Source of the DNA: a virus
Length of the DNA: 64,000 bases
Virus record (IMG/VR): IMGVR_UViG_3300010938_000004
Span: 1 to 64,000 of that record
Direction: 5' to 3' (one strand)
The translations under genes were made by a program, and so were the position numbers. Every line of letters begins with the position of its first letter. The first letter of the stretch is position 1. A model generated the notes under the pieces. The model did no database searches and had not been told where the DNA came from. It saw nothing but the letters and a program-made list of their open reading frames with translations. Below are positions 39,989 to 48,651 of this stretch, in pieces.

Positions 39989-40519
39989 ATGATCTCAGCG
40001 AGTGACGCGTTCAATGCCATGATGAAGGGAATCCTGTCCCCTCAGGAAGCCCTCACCAAGGTGAACAAGGCCGAGAAAAACAACCTCATCAAGGCCATCA
40101 AGATGGCGCAAGAGCGGTTGAAAGCCATGGCCTCCGAAGATGGAGATGCTATCGCCGCGGGCTACGAGCTTCAGAAGATGAGCCAGCAGCAGCGTTCGCG
40201 CCATCCGGGACCCAGGCCGCAACACGTGCAGTACGGCGAACAGTCGGGTCCGATCTTCACGGATCTGGGCGACTTCTCTCGCCAGGCCCAGCAGTGTGGG
40301 CGGGCTCCTGGTGCGTTCTTCAAGAATGAAGAGTTCGCTATGTGTGGGGATGATCCCATTCCTACCGAGAACAACGGCCTGACCTACCCGTCGTTCGCGC
40401 AGCAGCGCGTAAACCACGGCGGTAAGCCCTATGACTGGAGCAAGCTCCCCAACAAGCCTGCAGATGTGGGCTGGGAAGCTTTCAGTCACTCCAACCAGGG
40501 AAGGGTCAGTTACCGGTGA
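39989..40519 (+). CDS. Hypothetical protein
   Basis: RBS AAGGA; contains VNKA, LIKA and FFKNE motifs. Confidence 0.6.
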   Translation: MISASDAFNAMMKGILSPQEALTKVNKAEKNNLIKAIKMAQERLKAMASEDGDAIAAGYELQKMSQQQRSRHPGPRPQHVQYGEQSGPIFTDLGDFSRQAQQCGRAPGAFFKNEEFAMCGDDPIPTENNGLTYPSFAQQRVNHGGKPYDWSKLPNKPADVGWEAFSHSNQGRVSYR

Positions 40520-42342
40520 GCCACAAAAAGATCAAAGACACGCTCGACAAGATCCGGTCGCAGCTCCTGAAGAACTATTCGCCCTACAAGATCGGCGAGA
40601 AGTTATCTCACCCGGCGATGGGTATGGTCAGCGTGGTCGGAGTCAATTCCGATGCCGAGCATCCTCATTACGAACTGTCCGACGGCAAGCAGAAGGTAAA
40701 GATGCCCTGGGCTAAGTCGAAGAACCTGCGCCCGGTACTTGATGCTGCCAAGGCCGAGATCATCAAGCAAAAGCTTGACGCTCCGCTTACCCATGACGAC
40801 TTGCGTCAAGGCGCGCACCGCGCCGTGGCCCACTTCATGGAAGATGTCCACTCCAATGACCCCGAACGCGTTGTGGTGGCTGTCCGCCAGCTGCGGGCTA
40901 AGAAGGCCCATCTTGGACTGACGCTGGGCGAGCATGCAATCTTGAACCAGGCACACACGATGATCGCTCGCGAGTATGAGAACGCGACCGGCCAGCGCGT
41001 TGCCCCCCTATCCAAGAGTCAGGCATGGAGCTACGATTCCCTGGAGAAGAGTAAAAAGGACTTCAAGGTAGGCAGTTACGCCCTGCATCAAAGCCATGGC
41101 ATCGGCAAGGTGATCGAACACAAAGAGGTCAACGGGCAGCGGTTCCATGTGCTAGAAATCGAAGACGGTGGGGCCCCTAAGAAGGTGTTCACTGGAGTCG
41201 AGAGACTTCGCCCTCCCATGTCCAAGGAAGAGGCAGCCAAGGTTAAGGAGGCGTATCATGCGCCACTTACCTTGGACGATCATTCACCCGAGATGACTTG
41301 GAACAGGCGCTATCGCGATCTCATGGAGATGACGCATGGCAACGAACCCATGCAGCAAGTAAAAGCCATCCGGCAACTTAAGTCCCTAGCTAACTTCAAG
41401 GATCTGTCGTTCGGCGAGCGCAAGCTGCTAGAGCAGAACGTCCGGGCGCTGGGCGCGCACTACAAAATTGCGACTGGCGAAGATCTGGACGCTCCGCCTC
41501 CCGAGGACAAGCCCACGCTGAAACTTGTCAAGCACGAGGCCATCCAGGCCTTGCTTAGCAAGTCGGATGAAGAGCACAGCCCGGAAGACGAGGACATCTA
41601 CTTTCACCCGTCAGGGCCGCTTGGCTTTAAGACTTCCGTGTCAGCTGGCGGCAAGCACCTGGGCGAATTCAGCTCTAATGATGAGGCAGAGGCTGCCGCA
41701 CGTGAATGGACCAATCGGTCTAATTTCTGGCCCAATGTTTGGCGCGTGTCTGACCATGGCAACTATCACCTCGCAAGCAAGGACTTTTACTCGCACCCGG
41801 ACTTCCAGCAGCCTAAGAAGGAAGACGTCAAAAAGTCTGAAGACCAAGGAGAAGGGGCCAAGATCATCAAGCTCCCCACCCTCTACACGCCTCCGGCTGA
41901 GGAACACATTCCGCTGGTTGAACTTGAGAACGAGCTTCACTACCACCTTCATCGCGCCGCGTCTCATGACAATATGGCTAAGCTTCTGGAGATAGCGGCT
42001 GAGACTCTCTACCGCAAGGGCGACCAGATGAGTGGTCACAAGGTCACGGCCGAGAAGCGGGCACACGAGACCGCCAAGGAAGCTCACCAAAGAGCGGCTG
42101 AGAAGACTTACCGGTCGATTGGTGTGTCGGACAAACAGCAGCCTCTGGGCGCCCTTTATCGCAGTCATGTCAGTGAGGGTGGCAAGTTGCTGACAGTGAA
42201 GTACGAGCCTAAATTTGAGCCGTACCAGCCGAAGGTGGAGAAATCCGAGCGCCCGGTGCTGAAAGAGGGCGAGAGCTACTCCTCGCTGCGTAAGCGGGAG
42301 AAAGCAAAGTCCAAGGGTGTCTGTAAGGATTATTCCAAGTAA
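40516..42342 (+). CDS. Modular protein with two CarD/CdnL-like domains
   Basis: FKVG..HGIGKV..LRP..WNRRYR..LSFGERKLLE, preceded by a degenerate copy; xKS(E) linkers. Confidence 0.75.
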   Translation: MSHKKIKDTLDKIRSQLLKNYSPYKIGEKLSHPAMGMVSVVGVNSDAEHPHYELSDGKQKVKMPWAKSKNLRPVLDAAKAEIIKQKLDAPLTHDDLRQGAHRAVAHFMEDVHSNDPERVVVAVRQLRAKKAHLGLTLGEHAILNQAHTMIAREYENATGQRVAPLSKSQAWSYDSLEKSKKDFKVGSYALHQSHGIGKVIEHKEVNGQRFHVLEIEDGGAPKKVFTGVERLRPPMSKEEAAKVKEAYHAPLTLDDHSPEMTWNRRYRDLMEMTHGNEPMQQVKAIRQLKSLANFKDLSFGERKLLEQNVRALGAHYKIATGEDLDAPPPEDKPTLKLVKHEAIQALLSKSDEEHSPEDEDIYFHPSGPLGFKTSVSAGGKHLGEFSSNDEAEAAAREWTNRSNFWPNVWRVSDHGNYHLASKDFYSHPDFQQPKKEDVKKSEDQGEGAKIIKLPTLYTPPAEEHIPLVELENELHYHLHRAASHDNMAKLLEIAAETLYRKGDQMSGHKVTAEKRAHETAKEAHQRAAEKTYRSIGVSDKQQPLGALYRSHVSEGGKLLTVKYEPKFEPYQPKVEKSERPVLKEGESYSSLRKREKAKSKGVCKDYSK

Positions 42343-42358
42343 GAAATACGCATCACAA

Positions 42359-42374
42359 TTAACCTTCGGGTTAA
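42359..42374 (+). terminator. cUUCGg hairpin, possible terminator
   Basis: TTAACC-TTCG-GGTTAA after the 42342 stop; weak U-tract. Confidence 0.4.
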
Positions 42375-42399
42375 CTAGGATGCATAATAAGAGTCCACC

Positions 42400-42870
42400 A
42401 TGCAGCCACAGCTCATATCGGGCCAGCGAATCGTGGTCGAGTTCGACGGCAGGAACATCTCCGCGGGTTTCGTCATGTCGGCCAACATTCTTACTCCACA
42501 CTCCGAAGAATTCGGGGTCGATTCCACCATCCCATTTGAATTGGTGCCCGGTCCGGTCCGGGTGCGCTTCATGCTCAAAATCTACCGCTCGGTGGCGAAC
42601 GACCCCTCTAACATGGGGATCGCCCCTAAGGCTGACCCACAATACGATGGCCGTGACCATCAGACCAGGTATGTGTCCATCGAAGTAAGGGAGCGCCTTA
42701 CCGATCGGACTATCCTATTTTTGCCCAAGTGCGTCATTACCGCGCGGACGATAGAGTCTCAAAGTGAGGACCTTGTGACCGAAGTGTGGTCCGTGACCTC
42801 CATCGGCTATAAGGGGCCCGAGGGCCAAAGGGCCGGTATCTTGCCAACGATCGCGGGCGCCCTGCCTTAA
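42400..42870 (+). CDS. Tail tube-like protein 3
   Basis: QLISGQR..IEVRERLTD; same length and pattern as the other two. Confidence 0.5.
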   Translation: MQPQLISGQRIVVEFDGRNISAGFVMSANILTPHSEEFGVDSTIPFELVPGPVRVRFMLKIYRSVANDPSNMGIAPKADPQYDGRDHQTRYVSIEVRERLTDRTILFLPKCVITARTIESQSEDLVTEVWSVTSIGYKGPEGQRAGILPTIAGALP

Positions 42871-42976
42871 GCCTTGTTCGTTACTGTCGTTTTTCAACAG
42901 CTATGAACAGAATAGTCTTTTCACTACCATCTGAACTATCCGGAAATGCCGGATAGTTACTTCAAGGAGATAGCTC

Positions 42977-43405
42977 ATGCTTAAGATGCTCCCATCGTTC
43001 AACCGTTCCGTCACGATCGACTACACGGGACAGACTACCGGCACTCGATATCAAGGCACCTTCGAGTTCAAGGTAATCCTCGACGCGCAGGAAGAATTGC
43101 GCATGGAGGGGCTGGCGACCATGAAACTCCTGGGCCAAATAGGCCAAGCAGGTGCTGGCTACCAGGAGTTCGCCCGCTCGCTTGCTACTCTGCAAGTATC
43201 TATCTTGAAGTCGCCTGACTGGTGGTCGGACCCCAAGCAGCTCGCCGACGGCGAAAAAGTCTACGATCCGGACCTCATCGCCCACCTGCGGCTCGAACTT
43301 CGTAAGGCGAAACTTGCCTGGCAGGAAGACGTCGGTGTGAAAGCCAAGAAGGCGGAAGAGTCCAATGACAAAAAGCCTGAACCGGTCGAAGCCGCTGGAG
43401 CTTGA
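42977..43405 (+). CDS. Putative tail assembly chaperone
   Basis: Position before the tape measure; G.F.FK, PDWW. Confidence 0.6.
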   Translation: MLKMLPSFNRSVTIDYTGQTTGTRYQGTFEFKVILDAQEELRMEGLATMKLLGQIGQAGAGYQEFARSLATLQVSILKSPDWWSDPKQLADGEKVYDPDLIAHLRLELRKAKLAWQEDVGVKAKKAEESNDKKPEPVEAAGA

Positions 43406-43814
43406 TGAACTGCTCGAAGTTCTGCGATCGCTGGCTTCCGAGCATGCCCGGTCTACTCGTCTTGGCCCTAGGACCAGGGACGAGCTGTGGCTGGCGCTTT
43501 GTTCGTGGTGGAGCGAATACTACAATCGTCCGCTCAAGGACCCGATACTGGAGAAATACACCCTTGAGGAGTTGGCTTACGAATTTTTCCTGAAGAAAAT
43601 GTCTGACCCCGAGACAGTCAAGAAACAAGCGCAAGAGAAGAAAAACAAGGAAGATGAGGAGTGGGCAATAGCAGAAGCGCGGGCTCAGTTCGAGGCGTAC
43701 CAGCAGAAGCTTAAGGCAGCAAAAGCGCCAGAGGGGGAATCTAAGGCGGAGGACGACAAGAAGAGGTTAACGCAGATGGCCGCGGCTATTCCAGATGTCA
43801 AGAAGGTGTTCTGA
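43365..43814 (+). CDS. Putative second tail assembly chaperone
   Basis: WWSEYYNRP.KDP..YT.EEL; directly precedes the tape measure. Confidence 0.5.
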   Translation: MTKSLNRSKPLELDELLEVLRSLASEHARSTRLGPRTRDELWLALCSWWSEYYNRPLKDPILEKYTLEELAYEFFLKKMSDPETVKKQAQEKKNKEDEEWAIAEARAQFEAYQQKLKAAKAPEGESKAEDDKKRLTQMAAAIPDVKKVF

Positions 43815-43879
43815 TAGGCTGCTGGTACGATCTAGGCTCAACGATTTGCTACCAACGGGCCTTCAGTAAATGGTAACTG

Positions 43880-46081
43880 GTGGATAATAATATAGAATTA
43901 CTATTCAAGGCGCGAGTAGACGATCCTTCGTCTACCATCCGCTCGTTCGAGGATCTAGGCAAACAGATCCAGGACGTAATGACTCGTGCCTTCGAGCAGG
44001 CTGCCAGGAATATCTCGCAGACCGTTCAGGGTATAGCTCAGGACGCCAGGAAGACCCTAGTGGACCAACACGGCAACCCGGTTGGCGCAGGCGGGTCGCA
44101 GACGACCAATGAAGGTGGAGTGCCAGGCCAAAGCCCAAACGCATTCACGGGCGTACGCTCCGGCACTTCTGGTCCCATCGGTCTGGGTGAGGCGGGACAG
44201 ATCTCACGCATATTCTTCACGGGTGGGACAGGGGGAGTGTCGAACTCCGTCTACCAGGGCTTGTACGATGCGACCCGCGCTGACATGGCAATGGTCGACA
44301 TCATCAAGGCCCAGAAGGACGCAGGCCTAGACACCGACCTCACGCGATCGGCACCTAACCAGCTCAAGCAGATGCTGGAGAATATGACCGGCGCGATGCG
44401 GGAAGCGACGCAGCGCATCACTGAGATTAATCGCCAACTGGCCGACTCTTCGCTGTCTCCAGAGAAGCGAGCGGAACTAGTAGGACAACTACAGTCGGAA
44501 GCCGCAATGCAGCGAGCAACCAGCAGCCGCGTGCGCGACATCGAAGGCATGCTGCCGGGCCAGGGGCCAATGTTCTCTCCGTACTTCATGACCGGTCTGG
44601 GGGCCGCAATCACAACGGGAGGCTTCGCAACTCAGCTGCCGATGGCCATGCGCGCTCGCGCGGCCGGGATGGCTGGGGTAGACGCTTTTGGATCGCGAGC
44701 CTTCATGGCTGGCGATGTAGGCTCCATCTACGCCATGGAGCAGATGGGCGGGGAAGATGCTGTGCGTCATGCGGCAGGCAGAGAGGCCATGAACTCCTCA
44801 TTGGCCAGAGTGGTCGGTGGCGGCGCGCAGATACTGGCGGGCAGCGCGCTAGGATTCACTGGGCTACCTGGCTTCATGTTGGGTGCTCAAGGGGCTCAGA
44901 TGTTCGGCGGCGCAGTGATGGATCTCATTTCTCTTCCCCAGCAGACTCGCGAGCGCATGGCTCAAGCCGTCGGCTACCGCATGGAGCAAGAAAAAGAGGC
45001 CATAGCCGCGATTCAGTCCGCCTACAACACTCGCATGAGCGCATATGGAAACGCACTGAACATTGGCAACGTGGGCGCCATGCACGTCCTCGATATGTCC
45101 AAAGGGGGCTCCAACGCCCTCCCTCTGGCGGTGCAGCTTCAGCTTAGAGCCCGCCTTGCGGGCGGTGGAGCTGCTCTCTCTACCGAAGACATCATGCGCC
45201 AGATGACGGGGTTGGCTGAAACTGGGCTTTTAGGCGCGCCCGAGATCATGGCCGGCCTATACCAGGGTGGAGTGGGCGCTGGGGCAGTAGGCGGGCTCGT
45301 GAGCTCTCTTCAAGGTCAACTATACGGCGCCGGATTCGACCCGACCGCCATTGGACCGGCATTGGCCGGCATGGCCCAGCAAGCTGGTTCTTTCGTGGGC
45401 GGGGCAGACTCTGCCGTAGCGAATTTCAGAGCCGACGCAGGCCTCGCGCGCCGGATGTATGGATCGGGCGGAGTTACTGCCGCGGAGCTTGCCCAAGGCG
45501 GACGCACGGCAGGAATGTACCGCGATACGATCACTGGCACCGGAGTTGGACAGATAGGAGCGTTCATGGGCCTTATGGGCCTGGGCGTCGAGATGTCCCT
45601 CCCGCAGCTCAGGTTCCTGCAGCGCCGAGGCTTCCAAGTAGACGACGCGACGCTTCGCAAAATGTTCCCAGGCTCAGGGCTCACCTCCTCGAAAGTGCGG
45701 GATGCCCTGGCCGGCGGGTTCGACGACCTGGGCGGCTTCATAGGTGACGAGGCGAAAACCCTAATTCTACAGCAGATGGCACCCGACATGCCATCTGAGG
45801 CCGCGGCGGTGATGGGTATGGGCGCCCGCGAGGCGCTAGGTCAGACTATAGGAGGTCCCGGCGTTTCTCCTCCTACCTTGCGCCAGAATCCGGATCGAGT
45901 GGCTGTGGGCCAGATAACCGCCGCCTTGGAGAAGCAGATGGTGGAGCTGGAAGCGGGGTTTGCTGCCTTGAACAAAATCATAGGCCCACTTCTCATAGCT
46001 GCTGACCAGCTAAAAAGAGCATTTGAGAAGCTCTCGCTTAGCTCCATGACGGGCGGCTACACCCTACACCCGAGGAAGTGA
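43880..46081 (+). CDS. Tape measure protein
   Basis: Gly/Ala/Met-rich helical protein of 733 aa located after the chaperones. Confidence 0.65.
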   Translation: MDNNIELLFKARVDDPSSTIRSFEDLGKQIQDVMTRAFEQAARNISQTVQGIAQDARKTLVDQHGNPVGAGGSQTTNEGGVPGQSPNAFTGVRSGTSGPIGLGEAGQISRIFFTGGTGGVSNSVYQGLYDATRADMAMVDIIKAQKDAGLDTDLTRSAPNQLKQMLENMTGAMREATQRITEINRQLADSSLSPEKRAELVGQLQSEAAMQRATSSRVRDIEGMLPGQGPMFSPYFMTGLGAAITTGGFATQLPMAMRARAAGMAGVDAFGSRAFMAGDVGSIYAMEQMGGEDAVRHAAGREAMNSSLARVVGGGAQILAGSALGFTGLPGFMLGAQGAQMFGGAVMDLISLPQQTRERMAQAVGYRMEQEKEAIAAIQSAYNTRMSAYGNALNIGNVGAMHVLDMSKGGSNALPLAVQLQLRARLAGGGAALSTEDIMRQMTGLAETGLLGAPEIMAGLYQGGVGAGAVGGLVSSLQGQLYGAGFDPTAIGPALAGMAQQAGSFVGGADSAVANFRADAGLARRMYGSGGVTAAELAQGGRTAGMYRDTITGTGVGQIGAFMGLMGLGVEMSLPQLRFLQRRGFQVDDATLRKMFPGSGLTSSKVRDALAGGFDDLGGFIGDEAKTLILQQMAPDMPSEAAAVMGMGAREALGQTIGGPGVSPPTLRQNPDRVAVGQITAALEKQMVELEAGFAALNKIIGPLLIAADQLKRAFEKLSLSSMTGGYTLHPRK

Positions 46082-47715
46082 TGGTCAAATCTCATTCCTC
46101 ATCCGCAGACGCAGCGATCCTGGCGTGGAATTATGACTCCCAGAACACCAGGAAGATCCAGTCAGATGCTGAGATCACCAAGGTCACCCCTCTTCTGGTA
46201 CAGGCCCCTATTAAGAGTATCAACGTATCCGAGACCAAAGGTGCGCCAGCAACCTTCAGTGTTGTGCTGGAAGCAAGCGAGGACTGGCGCTGCAAGATAC
46301 AAGTCGGAGCCTGGTGCGCTATAGTTATCAATGACCAAAAGATAAACAGCATGGATGATGCCGCAGTCGTAGGTAACGGCCTGCGCTGCGTAGGAGTGGT
46401 GAGGTCAGTCAGGTACCGCGAGGTCGTCATGGGCAACGGCGCCGTGGTACGCCGCTACGTGGTATCTGGCCAGGACTACAGTTCTGTCATCACCCGCGCA
46501 TCCTTCTATTCCAACGCTGCGCTCGCGGCGCTCCGCGGGAGCGTTGAGGGTCGAATCATCCTTCAGCTCATGGACAAGCAAGAGCACAAGAAGAAGCTCG
46601 ATGCGCCCAGGGCGACACCGGATGAACTTGTCTACCGTTTCTACAATTTCTTCATGGGTCAGGTGAATTTTACAATCGGTGATGACCGCAAAATCAAGAA
46701 GAATCAGGAGTCAGCGGGCCTCGTCGGCGTCCCGCTCTTGGTTCCGCCCGAGGTGTACCGCTTCATGCGTGGAACCTCGCCCGAGAGCCGTCAGTTCACC
46801 GCTCTGACGCATTACGTTAAGCAGAAACTGCCTGGAGTGATTTCAAACTCCCTGGGCATTGGGTCCAACTCGTCAGTGTGGGGGATCATGCAGGCGTACG
46901 CCAACCTGCCGTTTAATGAGCTTTACGCCACCATGCTTCCTACCACCATCGACGGAAAGCAGCGGCTATTGCCGACCATCGTTCATCGCATGAACCCATT
47001 CTCCAACACCACCGCTCTGAAAGTCGGCACCAACCAGACCTCTCAGGGAGATTCCTCATACGATACTTCGATACGCAGAGACCTGTCGGCAAACCTCGAA
47101 GAGAAGGACCCCTCCAAGGGGCAAGAGCAGATGGAGCACTGCTATGTCTCTAGGATCATCCATGGTGAAGAGGTTTATGACCAGGACTTGGGCCTCTCAG
47201 ACCAAGAGCGGTTCAACTTCTTTTTGTGCTCACCCTCGGTCGCTGGCTCAAGCTCTGAGATGGAGAACGTCATCATCGCCGACGCACTCAAAAACAATAA
47301 GGTGCTCATGGACCGCGCTTCCATGCAGAGGCACGGCCTCAGGCCCATAGTGGATAGCTCAATGTACTCCCTGCCTGGCTACACCACTAAGGACTCTTCG
47401 CCACTCTTGGTCCTCACCGACCAAATGCGCTCGGCCCTTGAGGATGCCTACCTGCTTGAGAACGGGACCATCCGATGTGCTGGGCGCTCAACACACGTAC
47501 CGCTGGGCACGAATGTGTACTTGGTTCATAGGGCCATGGTCTTCCATATAGAAGGCGCAAGTCACGACTACTCTGTGGACGACCGAGGCGAGCGGACATA
47601 CGAAGTGACTTACCGAGTGGTCCACGGCAAACGTTATGACCCTCTGACCGGCATTAAGGGCTATCCCATAGACCACCCCGACTACAAGGCCCAGGCTTCA
47701 CGGAGAGACAAATGA
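46078..47715 (+). CDS. Baseplate hub-like protein
   Basis: Synteny; C-terminal LENGTI..G..GTN..FHIEGASH. Confidence 0.6.
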   Translation: MMVKSHSSSADAAILAWNYDSQNTRKIQSDAEITKVTPLLVQAPIKSINVSETKGAPATFSVVLEASEDWRCKIQVGAWCAIVINDQKINSMDDAAVVGNGLRCVGVVRSVRYREVVMGNGAVVRRYVVSGQDYSSVITRASFYSNAALAALRGSVEGRIILQLMDKQEHKKKLDAPRATPDELVYRFYNFFMGQVNFTIGDDRKIKKNQESAGLVGVPLLVPPEVYRFMRGTSPESRQFTALTHYVKQKLPGVISNSLGIGSNSSVWGIMQAYANLPFNELYATMLPTTIDGKQRLLPTIVHRMNPFSNTTALKVGTNQTSQGDSSYDTSIRRDLSANLEEKDPSKGQEQMEHCYVSRIIHGEEVYDQDLGLSDQERFNFFLCSPSVAGSSSEMENVIIADALKNNKVLMDRASMQRHGLRPIVDSSMYSLPGYTTKDSSPLLVLTDQMRSALEDAYLLENGTIRCAGRSTHVPLGTNVYLVHRAMVFHIEGASHDYSVDDRGERTYEVTYRVVHGKRYDPLTGIKGYPIDHPDYKAQASRRDK

Positions 47716-48647
47716 GTTACAACGAGTACGGAGATGCGATTAGCTACATGCTCGCGCCGGTTGCTGACCAGGCAAGTCAGCGCATGTTCGCGGATCACTC
47801 GATCGCCGTGGGTCAAGTGACCGCTGTCTACGCAGTGGACGACAAAGACAACTACAACTCGAATGACAAGCTTAAGCAGGTTCGGTACGACGTAGAAGTA
47901 TTGGGCCCCAACGGCGAAAGCGAACTCATCCCGCGCTGCGTGGCGATGGGCCCTGCGTGGGCCGGCGGTGCCAATGATTCACTGGAATTCACCTATGAAG
48001 ACCCGGCCCCGGGCAACCAGCCCAATAGATCTCTACGCAAGGGCCATTACGTAGTGGTCGCCTTCCTAGCCGGGAAGCGCGAAAGTGGCGTGATCCTGGG
48101 CTCTCTCGGCCACAGATCCTCGGTCGCGGCCAGGCGACGCCCCAAGAAAGCCGACGGCGCTGTGCTCGTAGGAGAGCTTCGCGGACTCTCCTTCTCGGTG
48201 AACAAAGACGGTGAGTTGAAGGTCACTTTCAATGGGCCGCGCGATGCTTCGGGCAATACCACCTCGGACAAGGGCCCGACCAGCGTGACCTTGGACAAGA
48301 CAGGCAGTGTGGTGGTCGAGACTAATAATCAGCAGAAGATCGTCATAGACCGCGATGCACAAGAGGTAACTGTGACTTGTGGTCCGACATCATGCGTCAT
48401 GAAGGGGAAGAGTGACCTCATTCAGGTCAAGGCAGACAGGGTAGAAGTAGGTGACGCCAATCTGGAGCCAATGGTGACTGGGTACAAGTGGAAGAAAATA
48501 ATGGAGGATCTCATCGACGAGATCATGCGGATCATCCACCCTACTGGCGTAGGTCCGTCAGGGGTGCCGTATAATAACCCCAAGTTCCTCGCCTTACGGA
48601 AGCGCCTCAAGGAGGCGCTCTCCGACCACCATTGGGTAGAGAAGTAA
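47712..48647 (+). CDS. Baseplate spike (gp5/gpV-like)
   Basis: OB-like VVVAFL.G..GVILG, beta-strand repeats, HPTGVGPSG tip. Confidence 0.7.
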   Translation: MSYNEYGDAISYMLAPVADQASQRMFADHSIAVGQVTAVYAVDDKDNYNSNDKLKQVRYDVEVLGPNGESELIPRCVAMGPAWAGGANDSLEFTYEDPAPGNQPNRSLRKGHYVVVAFLAGKRESGVILGSLGHRSSVAARRRPKKADGAVLVGELRGLSFSVNKDGELKVTFNGPRDASGNTTSDKGPTSVTLDKTGSVVVETNNQQKIVIDRDAQEVTVTCGPTSCVMKGKSDLIQVKADRVEVGDANLEPMVTGYKWKKIMEDLIDEIMRIIHPTGVGPSGVPYNNPKFLALRKRLKEALSDHHWVEK

Positions 48648-48651
48648 GAGC

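Noticed and set aside
31238-42660. Long antisense ORFs 31238..32002, 34577..35398 and 41641..42660
   Set aside because: They are shadows of well-supported opposite-strand genes and have no motifs of their own.
43360-43405. Programmed -1 frameshift between the tail chaperones at C AAA AAG
   Set aside because: The -1 frame stops almost at once (AAA GCC TGA). The downstream ORF is in the +1 frame and has its own ATG.
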